64,000 nucleotides of DNA. It comes from Squalus acanthias. Its lineage: Eukaryota. The notes beneath the pieces were generated by a model. It saw nothing but the letters and a program-made list of their open reading frames with translations, was not told where the DNA came from and made no database searches. This document shows positions 13,125 to 25,340 of this stretch, piece by piece. Position numbers and translations under genes: made by a program. The DNA lies in contig CM059432.1 in NCBI GenBank assembly GCA_030390025.1, positions 148,988,001-149,052,000 on the forward strand. The letters are read 5' to 3'. Every line of letters begins with the position of its first letter. Position 1 is the stretch's first letter.

Positions 13125-14120
13125 CTACTCTAGTGCTCCCCCAGTGGCTGCTGCATGGCTGGTGGAAGGCTGCTGACTTTCAGTGGGGGACAGTACAGAT
13201 GGTCTTGCGCGATGACCTCGACCAGCTGTGGACCGAGAAAGCCCGGCTGTAGACTGCACCACCTCGGCATGGGGGCAGCAATCTGAGCTGGCTGGCTGGC
13301 TGATGGGCAGCGGCAACGGCAATGGCAGAGTGGTAGTGGTGGGAGTAGGAATGCTGTCATCATGAGAGAGGACAACAGGTTCTTGCTCCACAGACCCACT
13401 GCTACTCCCCCGGGACGGTGCCTCAGCATCCCTAGCAATCTGTTGGAGGAGACTGGGGCTGGCCTGCTGCGACACCCTGCAAGCCCCTTTCGACACTCGT
13501 AAAGCCAGGGATGATAGCAGCAGTCTGAGCCTGCGTGGCAGCAAGCTGAGCCTGCAGGACAGCTGTCTGCACTTCCAGTGCAGCACTGTGACGTTGGGTT
13601 GCAATGGAAGCTGCGACATCGCCCATCACACGCAGCATCATGGCTGGGTCCACAAGGTCTCTCCTGGAGTTTCCATCCTGGAAATCATGGGTCCAAGCTT
13701 CGTGCAAAGCCCCGGTCCAATATTGGAGCCGGACTCTTCCATGCTCCTTGACACCGACACGAGACTCTCCAGCAGGTTTGCCATTGCACCAAGCATTTCT
13801 GTGTGCATGCCCATCACCCTTATTCTGAAGGCCGCCCCATCGAGGTCATTATCCAAGTCCTGTGCAGCAGAAATCGTGTGCGAACTCGCCCTTCAGGGAG
13901 CTGGCACCCGAGCTAACCTTTCCCTGGCCTGGCTGCAGCTTACTCGTGCCCGGTGCAGATCCCGCCTCTATACTACCCTCTAAATTCCACGCAGTGCCAT
14001 TTTCTGAGCTGGTGTCTGCGAGTGTCAGATGCAGTGCCAGTGTCTCCTCTTCTTGTTCGCCTCCTCTTTCAGTTTGCTCAACAGGAAGGACAGGCTGGCC
14101 TACTGGCAGTTCTTGGGTAT
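13125..14120 (-). pseudogene. Last exon of the ORF2 of the inner Harbinger
   Basis: Acceptor tttccattttcAG near 14121. Low-complexity/helical coding fragments convergent with the 12.1-12.8 kb transposase. Confidence 0.55.
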
Positions 14121-14443
14121 CTGAAAATGGAAAGGCACATGGGTCGGGTTGTGGTGGGGGGAAAAGGGGGAAAGCAAGATATCCATGCATACACCATCAG
14201 CAGCTTGTAAGTGAGAAGAGATTGTGGAATGAGGGGGAAGTGGGATGTGAGAAGGAGGATGAGGTATGACCAGACCGTCATTATCAGCAACGGCTTCAAC
14301 CGTGAGGAAGTGCCTAAGACAGAGGGGGCTGGGTGCACCTGTAAGATCGGTTGGTGTGAGGAGTGATGTGCAGGAGTAGGCTTGGGAAGGCAGAGTGAGG
14401 GGGTTGGAGAGACACGCACATCAGAATGTGGCATTGTACTCAC

Positions 14444-14696
14444 CTTTCCTGCCTTCATGAGGTCATTAAATCTCTCCTGCACTGTATCCAGGACCTTGCC
14501 ACCACACTCCTGCTGCTCACTTCTTCTGCAATCCCCAGCCATGCCTTCTTGGTGTCTGAGGCTGGCCTCTTCCTTCCGTCAGCAGGGAACAGGACCTCGC
14601 TGCGGGCCCTAACTCTTTGCAGCAGAAGTTCCAGGGAGGCATCACCTAATCGAGGGGCAGCTTTCAGGCGCTGAGACTGCATTCTTTGTTCTCCAT
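14444..14696 (-). pseudogene. Exon 1 of the Harbinger Myb/SANT-like DNA-binding protein
   Basis: AAPRLGDASLELLLQRVRARSEVLF...KKAWLGIAEEVSSRSVVARSWIQCR, then FNDL after a frameshift. Donor AAG|GTGAGT. Confidence 0.8.
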
Positions 14697-15004
14697 CCAA
14701 ACCAATCTCTCTCCAACCTCCACCAACCTTCAGCTGTCATCTCTGTACTGCTCTCTAAATACCTGAACTGAATTGGACCCATGCGTGACATCATCACGCC
14801 CGCTCCCGTTAATTGGTCGGGAAACCCGGAAGTCAGATGTAAATGCAGTGGCTTTGTTAAAAAGCCACTGCAAAAAGCACTGCTGAAACCTCCAGATTCC
14901 CAACACGATAGATCCAGGGCTCCCCCACACGATCCAGGGCTCCCCCGCTGCCAGCACTTTGGAAGGTGAAAATTCCGGCCATTATTTTATATAAAGTTTA
15001 CTGC

Positions 15005-15705
15005 ACTTTAACAGGCCATTCAGTTCAACTGGTCTACGCAGGTGTTTATGCTCCACACAAGCCTCCTCCCACTTTTCTTCATCTCACCCTAACAACATAG
15101 CCCTCTATTCCTTTCTCCCTCATGTACTTATCTAGCTTCCCCTTAAAAAGCATCGATGCTATTCGCTGCAATCACTCCCTGTGGTAGCCAATTCCAGATT
15201 CTCACCACTCTCTGAGAAAGAAGTTTCTCCTGAATTGCTTATTGGATTTATTAGTGACTGTCTTATATTCATGGCCTCGAGTTTTGGACTCACCCACAAG
15301 TGGAAACATGTTCTCTACATCTGCCTTATCGAAACCCTTCATAATTTTGAAGACCTCTATCAGGTCACCTCTCTGTCTTCTCTTTTCTAGAGAAAAGAGC
15401 CCCAGCCGGTTCAGTCTTTCCTGATAGTTATACCCGATCATCCTTGTAAATCTTGTTTGCATCTTCTCTCGGGGTTCTATATCATTTTTGTCATAAGGAG
15501 ACCAGACTATACGCAGTACTCCCAACGTGTGGTCTACCTAAGGTTCTACGTAAGCTGAGCATAACTTCTCTGTTTTTGAATTCTAGTCCTGTAGACATGA
15601 ACCCTAGTGCATTGCTCGCATTTTATGGCTTTCTTAGCCTACTTTCATGATGTGTGAATCCGTACCCATAGATCCTTTTGCTCCTCTATCCCATTTAGAC
15701 TCTTA
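15005..15705 (-). mobile_element. CR1 3' fragment
   Basis: LGLFSLEKRRQRGDLIEVFKIMKG. Confidence 0.85.
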
Positions 15706-15744
15706 ATTTGTGCATCATTGGTCAACAAAACGTACAATAATGTT

Positions 15745-17191
15745 GACTGTGTCGATGCTGTTGATGACAACATTGATGACAGTATTGGTGCCGTTTCCTG
15801 CTCTCCTCCCACACTGGAAAATTTCATCAACTTTGCTTTCAATTTCCACCCTTCCATCGCCTTCACATGGTCCATCTCCAACTCTTCCCTTCCCTGACTT
15901 CTCTGTCTTCATTTCTGGGGATAGGTTATTGACCAATATCCACTATATGCCCACTGACTCCCACAGCTACCTGGACTACACTTCCTCTCATCCCGCTTCC
16001 TGTAAGGACTCTTTTCCATTCTCCCAGTTTCTCCATCTGTCACATCTGTTCCAACTATGCCACTTTCCACACCAGTGCTTCCAATATGTCTTCCTTTTTC
16101 CTCAACCGAGGATTCCCTTCCACCATGGTTGACAACGCCATCGACCACGTCCATTCCATTTCCCGCGCTTCTGCTCTCACCGCGTCCCCTCCCTCCCAAA
16201 ACCACGATAGGGGTCCCCTTGGTCTTCACCTTCCACCCCACCAGCCTCCATATTCAATGGATCATCTTCGGCCATTTCCACCATCTCCAGCTTGATTCCG
16301 CCATCAAATACATCTTCCCCTCCCCTCCCCTCTCAGCATCCGAAGGGACCATTCCCTCCATGATGCCCTGGTCTATTCCTCTAGCACCCGCAACACCCAC
16401 TCCCCGTCTCAACACCTTCCCGTGCAAGCGCAGGAGAGGCAACACCTGCCATTTTGGCTCCGCCCTTCCCACCATCCAGTGCCCAAAACACTGCTTCCAG
16501 TTGAAACGGCGATTTATTTGTACTTCTTTCAATTTAGTATACTGTATTCGCTGCTCACGATGCGGTCGCCTCTGCATTGGGGAGAACAAACGCAGGTTGG
16601 GTGAGAGATTTGCAGAACACCGCCATCCAGTCCGCAAGCATGACCCCGAGCTTCCGGTCACCTGTCATTTTAATTCTCCAGACTGCTCCCACTCTGACCT
16701 CTCTATCCTCGGCCTTCTGCACTGTTCCAATGAAGCTCAACGTAAGCTCAAGGAACAGCACCTCTTTTATTAAGCACTTTACAGCCTTCCGGACTTAACA
16801 TTGAGTTCATCAATTTCAGATCATAAGTTCTGTCCCCATTTTTTTGGACAGCAGTTGTTGGTAATGATTCTGATATTCCCATTTACACCTCCTCTAGACC
16901 CATCTTTTCTTTCTGTCCCATTACCATCTCCTTTCGCCTTGCACCATCATCGCTTTTGTCATTTAATCTCTCCTACTTCCACCCCATCACAAACCTTCCC
17001 TTTGTTCTTTACTCCCCTCCCCCACCTTTCCCTGCCTCTGCGCTTGCTTAAAACCTGTTATGACGAAAAGTCACCAACCTGAAATCTTAACTCTGCTTCT
17101 CTCTCCACAGATGCTGCCTGACCTGCTGAATATTTCCAGCATGTTCCATTTTTATTTCAGACTTCCAGCATCCACAGTATTTTGCTTTTAG
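15745..17191 (+). mobile_element. 5'-truncated Penelope-like element (RT C-terminus, GIY-YIG endonuclease, terminal repeat); frameshifted
   Basis: IDD...FINF..NFHPSI.FT, then PTDSHSYLDYTSSHP, then NLVYCIRCSRCGRLCIGENKRRLGERFAEH. 11-bp TSD ACAATAATGTT at 15734-15744 and 17192-17202. Confidence 0.88.
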
Positions 17192-17392
17192 ACAATAATG
17201 TTATAGATCATGGAATTAAAACGAAATATTCCTGGGGAGGTACTTTGCCCTGTGAAAGTACTTGCAGTATTTTAGCTTGAATAATAGAATGCAGAGTTAA
17301 CAGTCGTGTGTACAACTCTGGAAATCATGGCAATTACAAACTGTCAATTAGCCTGATGAACAGATAAAAGCATTCATTGCTGGGGGTCTCAC

Positions 17393-17476
17393 CTGAGCAG
17401 CAACTGAACCGCCACCATTGGAGTTATCTACGAACTTTGGAGAAGACAAGTTTTCTGTTGATGTCTTAAGTACATT
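17393..17476 (-). CDS. GOLGA4: GOLGA4 probable alternative exon (NVLKTSTENLSSPKFVDNSNGGGSVAAQ)
   Basis: Acceptor ttttgtttccAG, donor CAG|GTGAGA, 84 nt open frame. Position and composition resemble the mammalian optional exon (N...SPDSVNGS...Q). Confidence 0.7.
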
Positions 17477-18440
17477 CTGGAAACAAAATTAAAACAGAGT
17501 ATGGAATCAGTCAATAATACTTCACTTTAACACCAGCTTCATGTTGCTTTGAGGAAACTAAAACAAACAGCATCTTCATTTTCCCCCAAGGCCACAAAAG
17601 GAAAAATACTGTTGCATTTATTATCTAGGTCTTTCAGTTGGGCATAATGCAGTTCCAAGTCATGTTTATCATAGCAATAATGAATGTGTGCTTAAAAGCT
17701 ATTAGATTATGGTCTTTAATACAGGAATACATTTTCCTTGATATGCATGATCCTCCTGTGATGCAAATGCAGACCAGTGAAAAGTTCTGAGATTAAGTGA
17801 AATCATTCACCTTTAAGATTTTACAAATATTCTCAGCCAATTCAAGCTCTCTTTGGGTCGAATTAAGGATTTAATAATCAATGGAAAACACTATGCTCCA
17901 CTACACAAAGACACTTCATACAGAATAGGTTAAAATCAGCAGCGGTGTAAGATAGGAGAAGGGTAGAAGATTAGTTCAGTAGCATTTTTTCTTAAATTAG
18001 GAGAGACAGTTAATGACACAAGCAACGGATTAGGACTACCAACCTTGGCAAAGACATCTTTGTGATTAATGGTTTTGCAATATTCATGTGGATAAGCCAA
18101 TTACTGAAATAAAAATACTCTGCAGCTGCCATATTGTTAGCCTGCCCAGTAGCTAAGGTGTGTGATTGTGATCAGACATTTTATAGTACAACTGCGCTTG
18201 CACACGGATGCAGAATACTAATGTTCAACTTTTTTGTACAGAAGGTAGAATTTTAGAAAATAGTGTACTTTCATAACAAGGCACCAAACTAAACAAATCA
18301 CACTAGTCTTGAATTTCAATGATGAAAGCTGTAGTTTATTTGGACCTGCATACTCCATGAATTTAAACAGCTGTAGAAATTGTCAAGAGGAGAAAAAAGC
18401 AGCTCACAGTCTCTTCCCTCTCTCCTTATATAAAAAGTAA

Positions 18441-18645
18441 GAAGTCGCACACCAGGTTATCGTCCAACAGTTTTATTTAAAATTACGAGCTTTCGGAGCA
18501 CTGCTCCTTCGTCAGGTGACGAAGGGGCAACAGCTCCGAAAGCTCGTAATTTTAAATAAAACTGTTGGACTATAACCTGGTGTTGTGCGACTTCTAATTT
18601 TTGTCCACCCCAGTCCAACACCGGCATCTCCGCATCATGACCACT
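18441..18645. mobile_element. Second Penelope-derived palindromic mini-element with two opposed hammerhead motifs
   Basis: Same family as 814-992. Minus strand CACCTGACGAAGGAGCAGTGCTCCGAAAGCTCGT; plus strand GTGACGAAGGGGCAACAGCTCCGAAAGCTCGT. Confidence 0.8.
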
Positions 18646-19266
18646 ATAAAAAAGTATACAAAGTGAAAAATTATTAATGTAATAATTCAATTATAAAACC
18701 ACTCGAGCTCACACACAACTTGGTATGGAGGGTAATTAAATCGCCTGTGCTATTCTAATCAATTAGAAGCGGAATCATTTAAGGTAAGGGTTTAACAAGA
18801 TTTAGTATTGTTGAAACACTCTAGATTTTGTTAAATAACAAATTGAAGGTTTCCCAGAATGGAACTCCGAATAACCCTCAAGCAGGACATCTTGAACTGC
18901 CAAGGTCTCCTGAAGAAAAATATTCTTAGAATCATAGAAACTTACAGCACAGGAGGAGGCCATTCGGCCCATCGTGCCTGTGCTGGCTCTTTGAACGAGC
19001 AGTCGTGCTTAGTCCCACATCCCCGCTATTTGTCTGTAATCCTGTAAGTTCCTCATCCTCGAGTACCTGTCCAACTCCCTTTTAAAATTAGTTATGGAAC
19101 CAGCTTCCACCACCTCTTCAGGAAGAGCGTTCCAGATCCCCACAACTGAGTGAAAAAAATTCTCATCTCCCCTCTAGATCTTTTTCCATTGATTTTGAAT
19201 TTATGACCTCTGGTTATTGACCCACTCACCAGAGGGAATAGTTCTTCTCTCTCTACTCTATCAGAA

Positions 19267-20768
19267 TTCATTAGACTCGGGAACGGTGCCCATGGATTGG
19301 AGGGTAGCTAACGTTACCCCACTATTCAAAAAGGGGGGTAGGGAAAAAGCAGGTAATTACAGACCTGTAAGCCTTACATCAGTTGTGGGCAAAATGCTGG
19401 AGTCCATCATTAAGGATGAAATAGCGGAGCACTTAGCAAATGGGGACAGGATAGGACAGAGTCAACATGGATTTACAAAGGGTAAATCGTGCTTGACTAA
19501 TCTATTGGAATTTTTTGAGGGAGTAACTGGTAAAATAGATGGGGGAGAGCCAGTAGATGTGGTGTACCTGGACTTCCAAAAGGCCTTCGACAAGGTCCCA
19601 CATAAAAGATTAGCATGGAAAATTGAAGCTCATGGGATAAAGGGGAAAGTATTGACGTGGATAGAGAACTGGCTGTCAGATAGAAAACAGAGAGTTGGAA
19701 TAAACGGCTCATTTTCTGAATGGCAGGCAGTAACAAGTGGGGTACCACAGGGATCTGTCCTGGGTCCCCAGCTGTTCACAATTTACATTAATGACCTGGA
19801 TCAGGGAGTCGGATGCAGCATTTCCAAATTTGCAGACGACACTAAACTAGGAGGGGGGGTGGGCTCAGAGGAGGAGACCAGGAAGCTCCAGAGCGATTTG
19901 AACAGACTGGGTGATTGGGCGGATAAATGGCAGATGCACTATAATGTGGACAAGTGCGAAGTTATCCACCTTGGGTGCAGGAACGGGAGGGCAAATTATT
20001 ATTTAAATGGCAATAAATTGGGAGAGGGGGAAGTACAGAGAGACCTGGGTGTTCTTGTACACCAGTCACTGAAGGCGAGCATGCAGGTGCAACAGGCGGT
20101 CAAGAAGGCAAACGGTATGCTGGCCTTCATAGCAAAAGGGTTGGAATACAGGAACAGGGATACCTTGCTGCAGCTGTACAGGGCACTGGTGAGACCACAC
20201 CTCGAGTATTGTGTACAGTTTTGGTCGCCTCATCTGAGGAAAGATGTTCTTGCCATGGAGGGGGTGCAGCGGCGATTCACCAGGCTGATACCAGGAATGG
20301 CGGGATTGACCTATGAGGAGAGACTATGTAGTTTAGGGATGTACACACTGGAGTTTAGAAGATTGAGAGGGGACCTCATAGAAGTGTATAAAATTCTGAC
20401 AGGTCTAGACAGACTAGATGCAGAAGGAATGTTTCCCTTGGCGGGTGAGAACAGAACTAGAGGACATAATTTAAGGATAAGGGCTAAACCATTTAGGACA
20501 GAAATGAGGGGGAATTTCTTCACTCAGAGGGTGGTGAACCTGTGGAACTCATTGCCACAGAGGGCAGTGTACGCCAGCTCATTAAATATATTTAAGAGGG
20601 AATTAGATATATTTCTACAGGCAAAAGGGGTTAAGGGTTACGGAGAGAAGGCGGGGACGGGATACTGAATTGAAGGATCAGCCATGATCTCATTAAATGG
20701 CGGAGCAGGCTCGAAGGGCCGGATGGCCTACTCCTGCTCCTATCTTCTATGTATCTATGTATCTATGT
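19267..20768 (+). mobile_element. Young 5'-truncated CR1 LINE with an uninterrupted RT ORF (stop at 20668)
   Basis: YLDFQKAFDKV, GVPQGSVLGP and FADD motifs with no stops; (CTATGTAT)n tail. Empty site visible in the duplicated copy near 41800. Confidence 0.95.
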
Positions 20769-21720
20769 AACCTCTCATCATCTTGAAAACCTCCATTAGG
20801 TCACCTCTTAACCTTCTCTATTCCAAGGAGAACAGTCCTAACATTTCCAACTTCTCCTCATAACTGAAGTCCCTCATCCCTGGTAAGATCCTGGTAAACC
20901 TCCTCTGTACCCTTTCTAAGGGCTCTACATGTTTCAAGTGTGATTCCCAGAATTGTCCACAATACTCCAGCTGAGGCCAAACCACAGAGTTATAAAGTTC
21001 CAGCATGATCTCTTTGCTTTTATATTCTATTCCTCTATTTATAAACCCAAGTAACCCATATGCTTTTTTAACCATCTCATCAACTTGCCCTGCCACCTTT
21101 AAGGATGTGTGTACATGGACACCAAGGTCTCTCTGCTCATCTGCACTTTTCAAAATCGTGCTATATATAGTATACTTTCTTTCCATATTAGTCCTCCCAT
21201 TACTTCACACTTCTCCGCATTGAACATCATCTGCCATGCTTCTGCCCATTTGACCATCCTGTCTATGTCATCCTGAAGTCTACAACTATCCTCATCACTA
21301 TCTACTACTTTTACAAGTTTTGTATCCACTGCAAACTTTATAATGCTGCTCCCTACACCTGTGTTGAGTTCGTTTATTTTATTTAAAAAGAGTAATGGAC
21401 CCAAAACTGACCCTTGTGGAACACCACAGCAAACCACCTCTCAGTCTGTAAAACATCAATCCACCTCTGCTTCCTGTAACTGAGCCAATTCCATACCAAT
21501 GCCACCACTTTTCCCATAATTCCATGGGCTTCCATTTTCTTAACAAGCCTCCTGTGTGGCACTTGTTGAATGTCTTCCGAAAGTCCATATATACATCTAC
21601 TGCACTGCCTTGATCAACCTTCTGTGACCTCAAAGAATTCAATCAAGTTAGTCAGACACAATTTGCTTTTAAAAAATCCATGCTGGCTCTCCTTGATTAA
21701 CCCATGCCTTTCCAAATGAA

Positions 21721-23600
21721 CATAAGAACATAAGAACATAAGAAATAGGAGCAGGAGTAGGCCAATCGGCCCCTCGAGCCTGCTCCGCCATTCAATAAGA
21801 TCATGGCTGATCTGATCCTAACCGCCAATCTACTATCTATCACAGAACCATCTCCTGCATCTAACAGAATTGCACACACGAAATAGGAGCAGAATCAGGC
21901 TACACAGTCCCTGGGCCCGCTCCACTACCCACAGGGCCATGACCGATCCGAACCTAGACTCATGTCCAAATTCCTGCCCGCTCCCCGTAACCCTTAATGC
22001 CCTTTACTTCTAGGAAACTGTCTATTTCTGTTTTAAATTTAATTAATGTTGTAGCTTCTACAGCTTTTTGTGGCAGCATATTCCATGGACCTACCACCCT
22101 CTGAGTGAAGTAGTTCCTCCTCATCTCAGTTTTGAAAGAGCAGCCCCTTATTCTAAGACTATGTCCCCTAGTTCTCGTCTCACCCGTCATCGGGAACATC
22201 CTCCCCGCATCCACCCGATCCAACCCCTTCACAATCTTATATGTTTCAATAAGATCGCCTCTCATTCTTCTGAACTCCAATGAGTAGAGTCCCAATCTAC
22301 CCAACCTCTCCTCATATGACCACCCCCTCATCCCCGGGATTAACCGAATGAACCTTTTTTGCACTGCCTCGAGAGCAAGGATGTCTTTCCTTAAGTAAGG
22401 ACACCAAAACTGTATGCAGTATTCCAGGTGCGGTCTCACCAATACCTTGTACAACTGAAGCAATACCTCCCTATTTTTATATTCTATCCCCCTAGCAATG
22501 AAAGCCAACATTCCATTTGCCTTCTTAATCACTTGCTGCACCTGCATACTAACCTTTTGAGTTTCGTGCACCAGGACCCCCAGATCCCTTTGCACTTCAG
22601 TACTCTCCAGTTTCTTGCCATTAAGATAATAAATTGCTCTAGGATTTTTCCTGCCAAAGTGCATCACCTCACACTTTCCAGTGTTGTATTCCATCTGCCA
22701 AATCTCTGCCCACTTACTTAGCCTGTCTATGTCCCCTTGCAGGTTTTTTATGTCCTCCTCATTCACTACTTTCCCTCCCATCTTTGTATCATCTGCAAAT
22801 TTTGATATGTTACACTTGGTCCCTTCCTCCAAATCGTTAATATAGATTGTGAAGAGTTGGGGACCCAGCACTGACCCCTGTGGAACACCACTAGTTACTG
22901 ATTGCCAGTCTGAGAATGAACCATTTATCCCAACTCTTTGCTTTCTGTTAGATAGCCAATCCTCTATCCATGCCAGAATATTACCCCCAATCCCGCGATT
23001 TTTTACCTTAAGCAATAATCTTTTGTGTGGCACCTTGTCAAATGCCTTTTGGAAGTCTAAATACACTACGTCCACTGGTTCCCCTTTATCCACTCTATAT
23101 GTTACTTCCTCAAAGAACTCCAGCAAATTTGTCAAACATGACTTCCCCTTCGTAAAACCATGCTGACTTTGTCCTATTAAATTATGATTATCCAAATGTC
23201 CTGTTACTGTTTCCTTAATAATGGACTCCAAAATTTTACCTACCACAGATGTTAGGCTAACCGGTCTATAGTTACCAGCCTTCTGTCTACTGCCCTTTTT
23301 AAATAAGGGTGTTACATTAGCAGTTTTCCAGTCTGCCGGGACCTTAGCGGAATCCAGGGAGTTTTGAAAAATTATTACCAATGCATCTACAATCCCTACC
23401 GCCACTTCCTTCAAGACTCTAGGATGTAAGCCATCAGGTCCAGGTGATTTATCCGCCTTGAGTCCCATTATTTTACCGAGTACCACTTCCTTAGTGATTT
23501 TGATCGTGTTTAGCTCCTCTCCCCCTATAGCCCCCTGTTTGTCCAGTGTTGGGATATTCTTAGTGTCCTCTACTGTAAAGACTGATACAAAATATTCATC
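21721..23600 (-). mobile_element. Young 5'-truncated CR1 LINE with an uninterrupted RT ORF, nested in an older CR1
   Basis: Open frame to the stop at 21960, (TTCTTATG)n tail, ATGAA repeated at 21716-21720 and 23601-23605. Confidence 0.95.
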
Positions 23601-24479
23601 ATGAAAGTTTATTTTGTCCCTGATAATGGTTTCCAATAACATCCCCACCATCGATATTAGACTGACTAGATTGTAGTTTCCTGGTTTATCCCTCTCCCCT
23701 TTCTTGAATAGTGGTCTAACATTACCAACCTTCCAGCACTATTCCTGTATCCAATGAGGATGGAAAGATTGTGACCAATGCCTCTGCTATTTCTACCTTT
23801 GCTTCTTTCCGCAACCTAGGATGCATTCCATCCGGACTAGGTGCTTTATCAGATTAAAACTCCATTTTGACATCGGTATCATTTATTTAAAAATGACTGG
23901 AGACACAAATCCACAGAACACAGTCAAACTTCAAACATACCAACACCTCAGGATCAGAGGGCTTTTATAGGTCATGAAATTTAAAAATAGCTGGTGCCCA
24001 GAGCATCTAGAATGTCACTGGATCTGCTAGAGTCTAAGGGTTAAAGCTGTCGTGTCTTACTCTATCCTCAGGCAGTGGTGTGGCTTCCTTAGGTGCCACA
24101 GCTCCGCAGCAACTCTAAGGCTGCCTAAAATCATGGTTTGCGCTGTGTCTTATGCCGTGCTCGAGACACGTGGGACCATACTTTCTTACCATCACCACAG
24201 CAATCTGGCAGCATTCAATCCTGAAATGGAGGGTAGCCCTACCAGTAAGAAAATTGGTGTTACTGCAAAAGCAGCAAATAAAATAATCTCATTTCTATAG
24301 AGTGGGGGAGTTACTTTAAACTTTCCCTCAAATACCTCACAAAAACTCTGCTCTGACATTCAGTTGACCAATGGTTTTACTGTTCATAACTTCAAAGTTG
24401 CATTATATATTAATGACCACACTGAGCACGTACTAAGCAGTTTTAAAAAACTGATATAAAGGATAATTACATTCATAAG

Positions 24480-24835
24480 TATTACCTTGGCTCAATCAGA
24501 AATGTGTGCGTTCAAGTCCCACTCCTGGACACTAGTATATAATGCAGACTGACACCAGTGCAGTACTGAGGGAGGGCTGTATTGTCTGCCTGTTCAGTTA
24601 GACGTAGAAGATCGCTTGGCACTGTCTTGAAGGGCAGCAAGGGATGTACCCAACATTTCACTCTCAACCAACATCAACAGTTCTAAACAGATTAATTGGC
24701 CATTCATCTCACTTGCTGTCTGTGAGCAACTGGCAACAGTGACTGCAGTTCAAAAGTAATTCATTGGTTGTGAAGTACTTTGGAATGGCCTGAGATTATA
24801 ATAAGGCTCTGTATTAATGTAGGTTCATTTTTTTC
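24480..24835 (+). mobile_element. SacSINE1/Deu-domain-like SINE
   Basis: B-box-like GTTCAAGTCC, then GCAGTACTGAGGGAG and a TGTGAAGTACTTTGG tail. Confidence 0.6.
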
Positions 24836-25340
24836 TTTAAGTTGGTACATTTTAGTTTAAAGTAGTGATAATGGCAACAGTGGAAACTATGAAGGAGATA
24901 AGTTAACAAGTAACTGAAATAACATGACCGCCAAAGCATCTACTTTATATTCCTACGGCACTGTTCCACCTATTATGTCGTCAGCAGAGTTTGAATATAA
25001 TATCCTTTTCTTGGGTTTTTTCAATCATAATTCTATTTTAAAAAGGAATATGGATTGTAAGATAGCCTCTTTAAATATTAAAGCAAGGCCCTACGGTATC
25101 GCTGACTATTCTTTCAATTTATTTCTTCATTCATTATTCATGCAGACAAAACAAATACTCTATCTGACCACCAGAGAGCATATCACATATAATACAATAT
25201 TTTAACCATTTCCATACTTGTTCCCTCAAAAATAATTACTTTGAAAATAAATTACATATTTTCTCAGTAACTAACCAGTTTATTTCACAAAACTGGGGTG
25301 ATGCTCCACTAATTGTTGAATTAGTAATATATTACAGATT

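Larger units (their letters stand above)
8439..14980. mobile_element. PIF/Harbinger DNA transposon (composite, with a nested second Harbinger)
   Basis: TIRs GGCTGGAATTTT and AAAATTCCGGCC with ATT duplicated at 8436-8438 and 14981-14983. Contains convergent transposase and Myb/SANT-like genes. Confidence 0.88.
18930..23850 (-). mobile_element. Older degraded CR1, interrupted by the two young CR1 copies
   Basis: Broken RT fragments at 20818-21642 and 23605-23850; 3' tail near 18930. Confidence 0.8.

Noticed and set aside
19217..23651. 483-aa and 563-aa ORFs as functional genes
   Set aside because: Both are 5'-truncated CR1 ORF2 fragments whose apparent starts come from flanking DNA; neither has an EN domain or promoter.
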